NCBI GenBank assembly: GCA_048128005.1
Contig: JBEUKZ010000065.1
Coordinates: 496,001 to 520,784 of the forward strand
Length of the DNA: 24,784 nucleotides
Source of the DNA: Veleropilina oligotropha
Lineage: Eukaryota
Direction of reading: 5' to 3'
How positions within the stretch are numbered: the first letter of the stretch is position 1; the number at the start of each line of letters is the position of its first letter. The notes beneath the pieces were generated by a model. That model had not been told where the DNA came from, did not search any database, and worked only from the letters and a program-made list of their open reading frames with translations. A program made the translations under genes and the position numbers. This document shows positions 9,231-21,153 of this stretch, in pieces.

Positions 9231-9699
9231 TGACTGACATACATTACTGATTAGGGGCATGCCATCTATTAGTTTTAAGCGTTAGAATGGTAGACGGTCA
9301 ATAGAGCGGACGGTCGATAGAGCGGAGTCTATTCAATAGAGCGCGCTCTATTGACCATTCCATACTTTGTCATCAACAATTAATCTAACTCGTTTTGTAC
9401 TGTATTTTAAAATGCATATATTATTATAATTAATTTGTCATTTTCGGCTCATGGTAAATTCATGTTTCTTGTTGTTTCATCGATGTATCGTGAAAATTCC
9501 AAAATGGTGATAATTGAATTCTGAAAATTCCACCAGGTGGCAGTAATCAAAATGACAGCTGATTTTCCGGGAACTTTACAAACACGCAAGTGTCTAAGCG
9601 CATTCTAACTATCAGATGCGATGAGAAAGGATTATTAATCAATAAACAGATAGGTACTACTTTAGAATATATTTCATTACTAATATATCGTTAATTTGC

Positions 9700-9912
9700 G
9701 CATGGAATTGGCGCACAAAGTGACTTTTGTAGTCGGAACACCCGGTTTAAGGTGTCGCTCCGATCTGACTGACATACATTACTGATTAGGGGTATGCCAT
9801 CTATTAGTTTTAAGCATTAGAATAGCCACACCGGAGCGGGTGTTTGAACCCACATCCTACCGTCCCTCTTATCGTTTTCCCGACGCTTTACCAGTTGAGC
9901 TATCGATGACTG
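9700..9912 (-). mobile_element. tRNA-headed SINE, family B
   Basis: Minus strand has an A box gatagctcaactggtaaagcg, a B box gggttcaaacacc, then a core ...tcagatcggagcgacaccttaaaccgggtgttccgactac shared with 18549-18766. Confidence 0.75.
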
Positions 9913-10199
9913 ACAGTTTTTTTTAAAATAGGCAAGATGACGGTACAACAGTCCTAATAGCCTAACAAACATTCGCCATCCTCTTTAATATGGCCAAATC
10001 AGAGGCTCAAACTCTTGAAATAACAACTGACTATTTATGTCAACTTTGTGCAAAAAGGAAACCATGTATTTTGGTGGATCAACGCTGTAACTATGTGTAT
10101 AGATTTTATCACTACCATAGTCAACGTTCGTATTCTTCAGTATTAATAACTATTATTAGTAGATCAGACTTGCTAAAATTTTGATCGCTCATGTGAAAA

Positions 10200-11578
10200 T
10201 ATTTTGTATGTCTGGTAGGTCCAAACACCGGATATTTTGTCTGGCATGGGTGATTTTACATTAATTGGAATGTACCTGTTAACTTAAAATTGATTTCATC
10301 TGATACTTCCCATGTTTTAGCTACCCAATAATATTTCGGTGATGTCATAAATATGAAAGAGGGTGATATTGGGAGTGTCTGCATGGTAGGCGCAATGCAA
10401 CGAGTATTTGGTCTGTTTCTTTTACATTATAAGGAGTGTACTTCCTTATTTATAAGCTGTAGCCAAGATTTTAAGGTATTGATTTCATCAAGATTTTCCA
10501 GAGATGTTATAAAGCCTAGAGGGGGTGATATTCTGGGTGTCTGGTAAACCCAACGCAATGGGTAATTAGTCTGGCATTTTACATTATTTGGTGTGCACTT
10601 AATAATTTAAATTTAGTTTAATTTGGTACCTCTAACGGTTGAGCTTGCAAAGATTTTCCTAAAGCGGGTGGTATTCTGGATGTCTGGTAGTCCCAACGCA
10701 ACGGGTAATTTGTCTGGGATTAGTGATTTTACATTATGTAGGGTACCTCCTATCATTGAGCTAGCCAGGCTTTTTCCTTGATGTCATAAGGCTTAAAGCG
10801 GGTGGTATTCGGGGTGTCTGGCCGACACACCGCAGCGGGTAATTTGTCCAGCATTGAAATTTTTTATTATTTGGGGTGTACTTAATAATTTAAAGTTGAT
10901 TTCATTTGGTGCCTCCATTGATTTAGCTAGCCAAGATTTTACGTGATGTCAAAAGACCTAAAGCGGGTGGTATTCGGGGTGTCTGGCAGACACAACGCAG
11001 CGGGTAATTTGTCTGACATTGATCATTTTACGTTATGTGAGGTGTGCTTAATAATTTAAACTTGATTTCACGTGGTACCTCGTATCATTGAGCTAGCCTT
11101 GGTTTTTCCGTGACGTCATAAGGCCAAAGAGGGGTGGTATTCGGGTGTCTGGCGGACACAACGCAGAGGGTAATTTGTTTGGCATTTGTCATTTTACATT
11201 ATGTGGGGTGTACTTGATAATTCAAACTTGATTTCACGAGATACCTCCAATCAATGAGTTAGCCAGGATTCATCCGTGACGTCATAAGGCCTAAAGGGAT
11301 GATATTCGGGGTGTCTGGCGGACATAACGCAGCGGGTAATTTGTCTGGCATTGGTCATTTTACATTATGTGGGGTGTACTTGATAATTTAATCTTGATTT
11401 CACGTGGTACTTTCAATCATTGAGCTAGCCAGGATTTTTCCTTGACGTCATAAGGCCCAAAACGGGTGTACTCGGGGTGTCTGGCGGAAATACCGTAGCG
11501 GGTAATTTGTCTGGCATTGGTCATTTTACATTATGTGGGGTGTACTTGGTGTATTTAAACTTGGTTTCACGTGGTTTG
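10200..11578 (+). repeat. Tandem satellite, ~166-bp unit, about 9 copies
   Basis: Marker gtgtct(g) recurs at ~10208, 10375, 10537, 10680, 10814, 10979, 11145, 11311 and 11477. Units share gggtaatttgtctggcatt, ttttacattat and gagctagcca. Confidence 0.93.
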
Positions 11579-11743
11579 TATCCCCATTTATGGGCGTCTG
11601 GGGGGGGGGCATTTGCAGCGGGTGGCGCGTCTGGTACATGCGCCCTGGGGTATAAGGTTGACAGTGTGCACAGTTTGGAAGTGATTCTGACCGGTACTTA
11701 CAATCATTGATCTATCCCAAAATTAGTGTGTTGTTATGTGACC

Positions 11744-12007
<264 letters not shown>

Positions 12008-12052
12008 TAATATTATATATATATAATATATGTAGATGTATATGTATATGTA

Positions 12053-12404
12053 TATAATAATAATAATAATGGGATATTTATATAGCGCAAGATCAGGTAA
12101 AGGATTCTAGCACTTTGCGCTTTACATTGATTGAATCAGAACTGTTAAACACAATGATAAACAATATACATTTACAAAACATACATATTTACAGCTGACT
12201 GGACACAATTAAGAACAAGGTTGATAGATGCGAGATTTTCAGTTTATGAGAAATGTTTCCGGAACAAGTGTGTTTTGGGAGATCTTTTGAAAGTTACTTT
12301 GTCTTCGATGTAAGGAATAACAACAGAAAGTGAGTTCCATTGGCTTGGAGCAGCAAATGAAAAACAACGTTCTCCGAGAGATTTTGTTTTCATGCTAGGA
12401 ATGC
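12053..12404 (-). mobile_element. L2-clade LINE 3' end (ORF2 C-terminus, 3' UTR and (TTA)n tail)
   Basis: Minus-strand translation 12402->12244: [52 protein letters not shown], matching the L2 motif GxRxFSxAAPxxWNSL...FKxxLKTxLF. The tail reads gcgctatataaatatccc(att)n. Confidence 0.88.
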
Positions 12405-12410
12405 AATGAA

Positions 12411-12596
12411 TACATATGTATATGTATATGTATATGTATTTGCATATGCATATGCATATGTATATGTATATGTATATGTATATGCATATGCATATGCATA
12501 TGCATATGTATATGTATATGTATATGTATATGCATATGTATATGTATATGTATATGTATAATATGTATAATATGTATAATATGTATAATATGTATA

Positions 12597-12646
<50 letters not shown>

Positions 12647-12648
12647 GT
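12411..12648. repeat. Compound microsatellite (TATATG)n/(CATATG)n/(TATAATATG)n
   Basis: Directly visible. It explains the spurious MYMYMH ORF. Confidence 0.98.
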
Positions 12649-12905
12649 TATGGCATATCTATGATCCGGACACCTTGTATGTTCTTATATTATTAAGGTA
12701 AAACGTACGCATCACTTGCACACATCATGTAAAGCTGGATTCAAACCTGAAAAACTGGTTTCGTTGCAAGAGTTATGATGACAAATATGTTTGCTGCAGC
12801 TGAAACCTCATGTATTCTTTTCAGATCATTCCATGGATACGATAACGCATGAAGGCATCCCTACGGTGACGTCACGTGGGTAGTTAGCCTACAACGAACT
12901 AATTA

Positions 12906-13309
12906 CCTTATTTCCTTGAATAGACGCCCGGGCGTTTATTTTTTCGCGAGGCTCTCACGGGAGGCGTTTATTCATGGCAGGCGTCTATTCAAGGCAGGCG
13001 TTTATTCAAGGCAGGTGTCTAATTTTTCAGACAGGATTTCAGGAAAAAATGACCACTCATATTCATGAAAATAAGTCGCCAAATATGACCACAGATGCCT
13101 GAAACGAGCTGAATGAACTAGTACTATGAAAGGAATCATAATATGCTATGCAGTTTACATCTAACTAGCACATTTTAACCTATCTGTAGCATCTGTACAA
13201 CTGCTATATATGTTGGGTGGGGGTGGGCGTCTATTCAAGGTAGGCGTTTATATTTTTCAAGAGGCTCTCGAGGTCTATTCGAGGCAGGCGTTTATTCAAG
13301 GAAATACGG
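12906..13309. mobile_element. Tc1/mariner (Tc2/pogo-like) MITE with TA target-site duplication
   Basis: TA|cc(t)tatttccttgaatagacgcc at 12904 and ggcgtttattcaaggaaatacgg|TA ending 13311. CCGTA-type termini and multiple subterminal ggcgt(t/c)tatt motifs. Confidence 0.88.
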
Positions 13310-14334
13310 TATATTCGGTATAGCGATTCATGTGAGCAAAACATCCAGTTAACAGGACACTCGGAGATTGTATACCTCGCCAAGTTGATTTCATTTTTCA
13401 CACTATCTTGCACAAAATATTTGAGTAAATCAGATCAACACATTTTGAGGAGTTTTCGAATATTTAAAAGTTTAAAAAATGTTAATGGGGGGAGGGTTCA
13501 GCTCCTACTAGGAAGAATATATTGACAATTAAATGTGTGAAACCCTCTTCTCTGCATTCTGATAGTGCAAACTGCTAAAATGGTTGCTTACCATTTCCTA
13601 CGTTCAGTACAATCGCAATTCAAAGGATGTTTTTTTATGGCTGAGAGATATAATTTACGAATAACGATAATTATAAAACGTTCTCAGATGTAGGCCTACG
13701 GAAATTCGATCGGAAAATGTAAAATACCCACGACTACAGTACATCCGGGTTATTAGCGAGACGACGGCGAGACATGTCGAGATTTATAGTAAATGTTTTG
13801 GTGTTCTCACTTATGATACGGTATGTAAAAGGTGTCGCTGTACACATCGTAGTAATACATGTGACGGATCACGCTCTTCCGCGAGTAAACAACAGAGCGC
13901 GCATTACAGTCGGGATGCAGAATGCGCCGAAATATGCGATGAATACGCTTAGTCTTAGACGGAAAAATGCTATTGCAACTAAAAGCAAAAAGGGGCAAAA
14001 TACGCGGGATTATAGTTTGTTATTATAGGCTTAGAGCAACAAATAAATAGAGTTGACCTGTACTTTGCGGAATAGACAAAACCCATTGCTGTGGTTTACA
14101 AATGGTTAAGACGATTTCAGCTGTTTCCTTTATGCAGAAAATCTGGATTTTATCATCATTAATCCTAAGTACTTGTGCGTTCCCAATGTGAGATTAAATG
14201 ATATTAATTTAATCAATGCAATATAATTAACCCTTCTCGAATTATGACGTCATAATTGCGGCACAGTTTTAATGACGTCATAACTTTGCATAGGCGTCGT
14301 GTTCGCATTGATTGCATAGCGCCGAGTCTCTTAA

Positions 14335-14960
14335 AGATGTATTGCCAGTAATTATGCCATAATACCCTCAAATGACTTACTTACCTATAAGTAGATGTTA
14401 TAAAAAGTTTTTATGATTCAAAGTGAAAGAATCTACATTGTTTATTGTTTTATAATAACAAATCGCTGCTGAAATCGGTGCTCGTCGCGGAATTCTTTCG
14501 ATATTTCCGCCATTAAAATTACCAAGGATGCCTGCAATTCGTACAATTTCCAATTCGGAAATCGACGAACGAGACGACTCGTTCATTTTCGAGTATACAT
14601 TTATCGAAACATGCAGACGCTACGTCAAATACGAATAATTAATTTATAGAATTTGCATGCGATGTGACAGTACTGTAAAATTATTAACTAGTGATAAGTT
14701 TGCAGCTCAATTGTCCACAAAGCCAAAGTTATCTTCGACAGTGCCTAACTTCACGAAATTCCCTTCGACGTACGTCCGTCACCCAAATAATAAAAGCGGA
14801 CCCGGTATTATTATTTTTTTACTTTTAATTCGTAGGCGCTTCAGGGACTCCGTCAATATAATATTTTGGAAAAATTACAAAGTTTCTAACCAGCTAACTG
14901 GCAAAAATACGTTTGCGGTCAAAGGTTTAAAATTAAAAGCGTTTTTCGCTACTTACATCT
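14335..14960. mobile_element. Kolobok-like non-autonomous element with TTAA TSD
   Basis: TTAA|AGATGTA (14331-14341) and TACATCT|TTAA (14954-14964). The TIR match is short (7 bp). Confidence 0.55.
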
Positions 14961-16475
14961 TTAAGATACACAACAGGAATATTCCCAAAGCTGTCTACGG
15001 CAGTGGTAGGCCTATGCTGTTTTTGCAGCATATAGAATCGAGCTGTCTGCGAAAATAACATGCTTTTATTTTGACAACTTGGCGAGAACGTGGCGTCATG
15101 CCAAATCCTGGTGCGTTAAACAAGTTAAAGGTGGCGCTCTGCATTTTACGTAATGAATATACAAAGTTGAAAAAGTGACACGTAGTGTTTTATATCTACC
15201 ATACAGAAATCTGGAAAACACGTGTGCGCTCATAATGACATCGTGTATTTAGTTTTTGCCTCTTTTAGATGGAATGTAAAGTTTATTTTTCTTTACATAA
15301 TGTCAACTTGAAGATCTATCAGAATAGAACGGCATTGGTCTATTTATATACAATCAAGGATTTAGCCCAGCTATATGGGATCGTGATATAATCGTTTAAC
15401 GTAATGCCAGATTACTATACCGTTCGATAAAAAACACTTTGTAGGACTAGTTCATATAATTGACGATTTCTTGCAATGTTCCAGCTTATGCAAGCTTGCA
15501 TCCCCACTTTTGCTAAGTTTTATTAATGCAGAAATCTGTATTATATCTTATTTATATTAGACATCTACCGTTATTGGTATGCTTCTAATTTGCTAATGAA
15601 AATGTTCTTCTTTTCCGTTCCAACATACCAATCATCAAGGGGCGAGTATGTCCCAAATTGCTATCATTAGTGAGTTTCCGACACCGATAATGCTGATGTC
15701 AGTTTGGCGTCTCCTTAAAAATCTAATCTGTTAACACACATATAGCCAGGTCTAAATGTACGCAAGAAACAAAGCTATTATTTACTAATTGGCTGATTTT
15801 AAATTAGGTGAAAAGGTCTTGTCGTTTCTCTTAAGCTGTTTTGGTAGATACACTGTTTGCTCACTGCGCTACAATACTTGACTTGTACATTTTCTCAATA
15901 ACTCAGTGAAAAACCGTTTGTTTAGATGTCGTAACCGGAGATGGTTATTTCGAGCTCACTTTCGGCAGTGCGTGGCAACAGCTAATCAGCGTCCCCATCT
16001 GTGTGTCTATCATGTCTATCTTGGCGCTAATACCATGATCATGGCCATTTATCATTCGGACAGCGGCAGATTACTCGGAATCCCACTGTCCTTTGCGACA
16101 TCAGTTATCGTCGTCATTTGACCTTTCTGCCAATACGTGCATTCATCTTCCTTCCTACATCGAGGCTTGTTAGTCAATTAGCGCCATGATAACCGTCTTT
16201 AGAAGAGACCTTCGTTGCTTGTAAAAGAATACCGAGGATTTCTGATTTCTTTCCACCTTTTTGTGCCCCGTAATTTCTCCTACTCTTCCCCGTTATAAAA
16301 AATATGATTTACGAATATGCTATATATATAATATATATTGCCGATGTGCGCAATGATCAAAATGACTCCCCAGCGTGCGTAGTGCAACCAATAGCCTACG
16401 CAATAGGAGAAATGAATGATGTCACTATATATAATGACGTCAGCAGAAGAGGCCTGCAATCGAATGCATACAAGT

Positions 16476-16925
16476 AACGTTATCCTGGGGCGGAAAGTTT
16501 GAGACGTAGGCTACGTTTATCCTGTGAGCTTTGAAAATATCACACGAGACGAAGTCGATTGTGATATTTTCATAGCGAACAGGATCAACGTATGTATCAA
16601 ACGTGACGCCACAGGATAACATTTTTATTTCATTTTATTTAAATAAAAACCTTACTTTATATGCCTGTCTATGCTGAACAATGAATACCGTCATGTTATT
16701 ATAAGCGCAAAATAACCTGGATATTTGAAAAGCCGAGGAATAGTTTAGTCATAAACATGAATGATTGAATCTCAAAGAAATACTTGAAAACACTTGATTA
16801 TCTCCCGCAGAAGCGAATGACGCCTAGCAGACGACGTGTAGTTTGGATGCGAAAACGTCGAGTTTGAGATGAGTATTGGCTAAACTCCACGTGACGTCAT
16901 TTTGACCAATCAGACGTCGCGGATT
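16476..16925 (+). mobile_element. Foldback (Crypton-like) non-autonomous element, copy 1
   Basis: Long imperfect inverted arms (~16477-16545 / 16558-16622) around cgagacgaagtcga. The whole unit is repeated at 16936-17833. Confidence 0.7.
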
Positions 16926-16935
16926 GAAAATAATT

Positions 16936-17833
16936 AACGCTATCCTGGGGTGGTGAGTTTCAGACATAGAGGGTATTTGATAGTATGTCAGAAATATTAA
17001 ATACATTTTGTCGTGTGAAATATATCCTAGCGGATTCACGAAAGGCCAGAGGCTTTGTGTGAATCGGCTAGGATATAGTTCACGAGACAAAATATATTTA
17101 ATATTTCTGGCATAACATAGAATGCTCTATTTATATTATTATATAAATGGGTTAGTTATCAATTAAATACTGTTTTCATTATATAGCCATGCTTATTTTT
17201 GTGAAAGAACGAACGCCTTCACGTTGTAATGTTGAAATGTAGTTCGCCATCATAACGTCGCCATGGACAACGTTTTTATGACGTCACTTTATGACGCTTT
17301 TTTTATATTTTCACTCACGAGAGTGAAATATGAAAAATATTTTCACTCACGTGAGTGAAAATATAGATGAGTGAATTAATTAACGAATAACAGCACCATT
17401 TATATAATAAGTACGTTTATCCTGTGAGCTTTGAAAATATCACACGAGACGAAGTCGGGTGTGATATTTTCATAGCGAACAGGATAAACGTACGTATCAA
17501 ACGAGACGCCACAGGGTAACATTTTTTATTTTCATTTTATTTAAAAAAACAACTTACTTAATATGCCGGTCAATGCTGAACAATGACTAAGCAATGAATA
17601 ACGTCATGTTAAATTGCACCTTACGGGTTATTCTAAACGCAAAATAACCTGGATATTTGAAAAGCTGAGGAATAATTTAGTCATTGATTGAATCTCAAAG
17701 AAATACTTGAAAACACTTGATTATCTCCCGCAGAAGCGAATGACGTATAGTTTGATACGAAAACGTCGAGTTTAAGACGAGTATTTGCCAAATTCCAGGT
17801 GACGTCATTTTGACCAATCAAATGTCGCGGATT
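16936..17833 (+). mobile_element. Foldback element copy 2, tandem with copy 1 and interrupted by 16966-17410
   Basis: 16936-16968 matches 16476-16509. 17412-17833 matches 16512-16925 with a few indels. Confidence 0.8.
16966..17410 (+). mobile_element. Second foldback (Crypton-like) element nested in copy 2
   Basis: ~80-bp imperfect inverted arms 16966-17047 / 17052-17130, an internal ttattatataaat mirrored by the terminal atttatataataa, and a second palindrome cluster at ~17305-17365. Absent from copy 1. Confidence 0.75.
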
Positions 17834-18548
17834 TCACGAAAAGAAAATAAACTATAATAACAGACCAAATGGGTATGGCCCTTACGCTATTTTTGTCCGT
17901 AGCTTCCACAGCGTAGCCCGAAGTCATGAGAGTTGGCGTGACAGCGGAAGGGAGGGAATGAGAGATTGGAGTTTTAAATATAAGAAGGGTTTGAAGAGAA
18001 TAATTTATTTGGGGTTAGGAAGCACGGTAATTACTGCCACTCACGTAAAAACCCATTGCAGTTGTGTGGTCGTCTATAGCAATGCACTTTTGAATCGGAT
18101 TACACATACTACTACATTAACTGTAAACATAGTCTATTAATTTAAATCACATTGTTGGCGCGAAAACAATCTTGCATGCAGCTTCGTATATCTCAAACGG
18201 ACCCATGGAATCAAGCAGCACGCGAAATTGATTCACGGTTTTAAAATGACCGGCAGTAGACCTACATCATTGTTATATTGCACGTGTGGAGAATTAAATA
18301 AATGAGTATCATTAAATAAACTATATCAATCAATATATCAATAATCAATAAATTATCAATACAGTAGGAAGCGATTAGAAAGTGGTGCGATCACAATAAC
18401 AGATATGACGACAGACGCTGACAATCACAGGTTTTCTTAAAAAATGCAGATATAACTTATATGCAGGCGAAAAAGTGGTGCAAATTATTAAGGTCGCAGT
18501 GGTTTCAACGTTTTTGACATTTTATTTAGCAGTAATTTCTAGTTGAAT

Positions 18549-18766
18549 GGGGCGGCATCTGCGGGGGAGTGGTTAGCGCGTCAGACTCTCAACCGAATCT
18601 GTATAGTTGGTCCTCGGGCCGTTTCACCGCTTAAAATAATAGAAGGCACATACATAATGTATGTCTGTCAGATCGGAGTGAGATATTAAACCGGATGTTC
18701 CAACTACGTTACGGCTGAAATATTGTTAAAAGTGGTAGAAAAACAATGTTGCCAACAAACCAATCT
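18549..18766 (+). mobile_element. tRNA-headed SINE, family B-related
   Basis: Head gagtggttagcgcgtcagactc, core tcagatcggagtgagatattaaaccggatgttccaactac shared with 9700-9912, and tail gctgaaatattgttaaaagtgg followed by caac/aaac repeats. Confidence 0.7.
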
Positions 18767-19739
18767 AGCTGAATGCTTCGTATGTGAGTTTAATAACATA
18801 ATACACCCATTTTTACTGTAAGAAAATAGTCCCCCGTGGTCTAACTGACAATATGGCCAGTTAGACCACGGACCAAGACAATAGAATGACGTCATAAAAA
18901 TAGCTTAAATTAATATTAGTGTCACTAGTATATCATTAATTCGCCATCTATGAATATCGTGTTTTAAAGTTAATATTTTTATTTGACATTTGATGTATGG
19001 CCTTGGCGCATGTGTCAAGATTTGCTGTGATGAAAGACAGATTTACGAAATCAGAGACTGTGCGATTTAGTATAAATGACGTAGGCGTACATTTTTAATC
19101 TTTATTTTGAGTAACCGAATGATCACTGCTTCTCTGTCATATTTCGAGCATGTGAAACTTTAAGCGCCCAGATATCCGCGAAGATTTTCGGATTCCTGTG
19201 AGTCTGTGAACTCTGATTCCTGCTAGTCTGCGAACTCATCTCCGTATTCGATCACCCACTGAGCGTAATCGCTGGATTGCTCGGACCGTCTGATCTTCCG
19301 TCCGCGCGAGAATCCGCTTTTCGCACGAGATTACTCTTATCGGACGAGATTACCCGCGCCAAAATTAGAAACTCGACATTAACGGCCAACGTTTGTTTAT
19401 ATTTTTTAAATATTTGACATGGCATACACAACAGCTGATTTGTCACTGATACACGCTCTGATTGGTCACTGATACACGCTACACGAATGTAATATCGAAT
19501 TACAAATAAGCACCCAGATCTGATGCCCATCTAATAAGGCAGAAGAAGATCGGATAAAGTCAAATTTATCAGCGTCTTTTCACCGATTTCTTCATACTTA
19601 TCTATAGCTTTTATGTTCGTTACCATTTTGAAACGTTTTTCGGACCTTGTTTAATTATGGACATTTTAACAATTTCGCCTGTCGTATTTCCGAAAACCTC
19701 GACAATGTCCAACGTATTCGTGTTGCGACAATCTCCAAC

Positions 19740-20070
19740 TATGGAAGTAATTTCCGATTATGGCATGTCGATATATGCACATAACAAGCCGAGCGCGGCT
19801 TGTTATGTGTATATCGCCGAGGGGTGGCAGCTTTATTATATGTTACATATATTCACTCCGTGAAAATCCATTGTAAATTGCACGCTGTCACCTCTAAAAA
19901 CACGAAATTGTCCATCATATCGTTCTCGAGGGACTGATATGAGAATAGACTCTTCGAGGGACTGATATGATAATAGACTCTTCGATTGGCTGTTGTCAAA
20001 TCCATTGTTACCTTGTTACGCGTCATAAAGTGACGTCATAAAAACGTTGTCCATGGCGACGTCATCAATG
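19740..20070. mobile_element. Foldback/Crypton-like fragment
   Basis: Hairpin atatgcacataacaagccg-agcg-cggcttgttatgtgtatat (~19773-19814), a 28-bp tandem duplication at ~19927-19986, and a 43-bp exact inverted match to 17255-17297. Confidence 0.55.
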
Positions 20071-20080
20071 GAGGAATTAA

Positions 20081-20469
20081 AGAGACCATTGCTCGTAAAT
20101 GCGCTCTTTTCGTGACTGATCACCCTCTATCGCACGGTTCGCGCAGATTGATACAAATTTCGCGAATATTATTGTAACTAGGCAATATATATTATTGTCA
20201 AGTAGAAAGCTTTCGTACTTGACGAGCAGCAACCTACGCAACTGTGCTCCAACTAGGTCAATTGGAAATGAACTCGGTGCGAGGTAATTAAATGCGGATC
20301 GCGTTTAATTATTTTTAAATATTTAGTAGCGATTAATTTAAACGGCAGCAAATTATTGACGAAAGTAGAGTGTTGAAATTTCCTATCTTTTTATGTTATA
20401 AACAAAAAGTGTAATGCGGTTAGTTTTCTTTTTAAAAAAGATAGAGCGCATTTAAGGGCAATAGTCTCT
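20081..20469. mobile_element. Kolobok-like MITE with TTAA TSD
   Basis: TTAA|agagaccattgctcgtaaatgcgctct ... agagcgcatttaagggcaatagtctct|TTAA: a 27-bp TIR with 3 mismatches. Confidence 0.88.
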
Positions 20470-20513
20470 TTAACATTAGAAGGCTTATTGTTCAAATAAC
20501 CGACCTCATGGTG

Positions 20514-20765
20514 CAAAGTTTCCTACAGGGGGGGGGGGGGGGGTGAACCCCCCATGAAAAATTCCGGGGGGGGGGGTTATCCCCTCACCAACTGTTGCAA
20601 TTGACGAATAAAATGTGTACTTTTCCCCTCTTAGAATCCATGAGAGGCCATTTCAGAGTGGTGAAAATCAATTTTTCCCTACGCCACGGGGAACTTAAGC
20701 TCCCCGCCGCATACCGTTGATCTATGGACCCCCATCAACTTTTTTTATTACTGGAAGAAACTCTG
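20514..20765. mobile_element. hAT-like MITE with poly-G tracts
   Basis: Imperfect 15-bp TIR caaagtttcctacag / ctggaagaaactctg (3 mismatches). No recognisable 8-bp TSD. Confidence 0.5.
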
Positions 20766-21153
20766 TTGTGTGTATATAAAACTATATTTTGAAGATCGTT
20801 CATAGTGACATTAAATTACTGTTTATCTAATCATCATTTACATACAACTGATAACAAATTATTTACAGTCAATTCTTGCACTTTCGGGTGCAATTTTGAA
20901 CCCGCGGTATCTCTGACGCCATGCATGATATCTGCATCGCGTATCTTTATCGGCACGAAGCGGCATCTGCTTCTGCTATCCACTTCCAGGAATTGCGTCG
21001 GGCGATTACATGCGCGCCTCAAGTACCACTTCATAGATGAGTAAGGTCGACTAGAGACAATGAAGGAATGTTATGTAAAAATGTATTTACGGCCACCACC
21101 AGTAGCCGTGTGGATAAGAGTTTCACTGCTTGTCTAACATGAATTGGGTTCGA

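Noticed and set aside
9830..9912. tRNA genes here and at ~18550, ~21091 and ~21790-21875
   Set aside because: A/B boxes are present, but I see no complete cloverleaf and each continues into a shared SINE body.
16040..16270. Possible helix-turn-helix relic on the minus strand (KGQMTTITDVAKDSGIPS)
   Set aside because: Short, surrounded by stops, and no further transposase motifs are visible.
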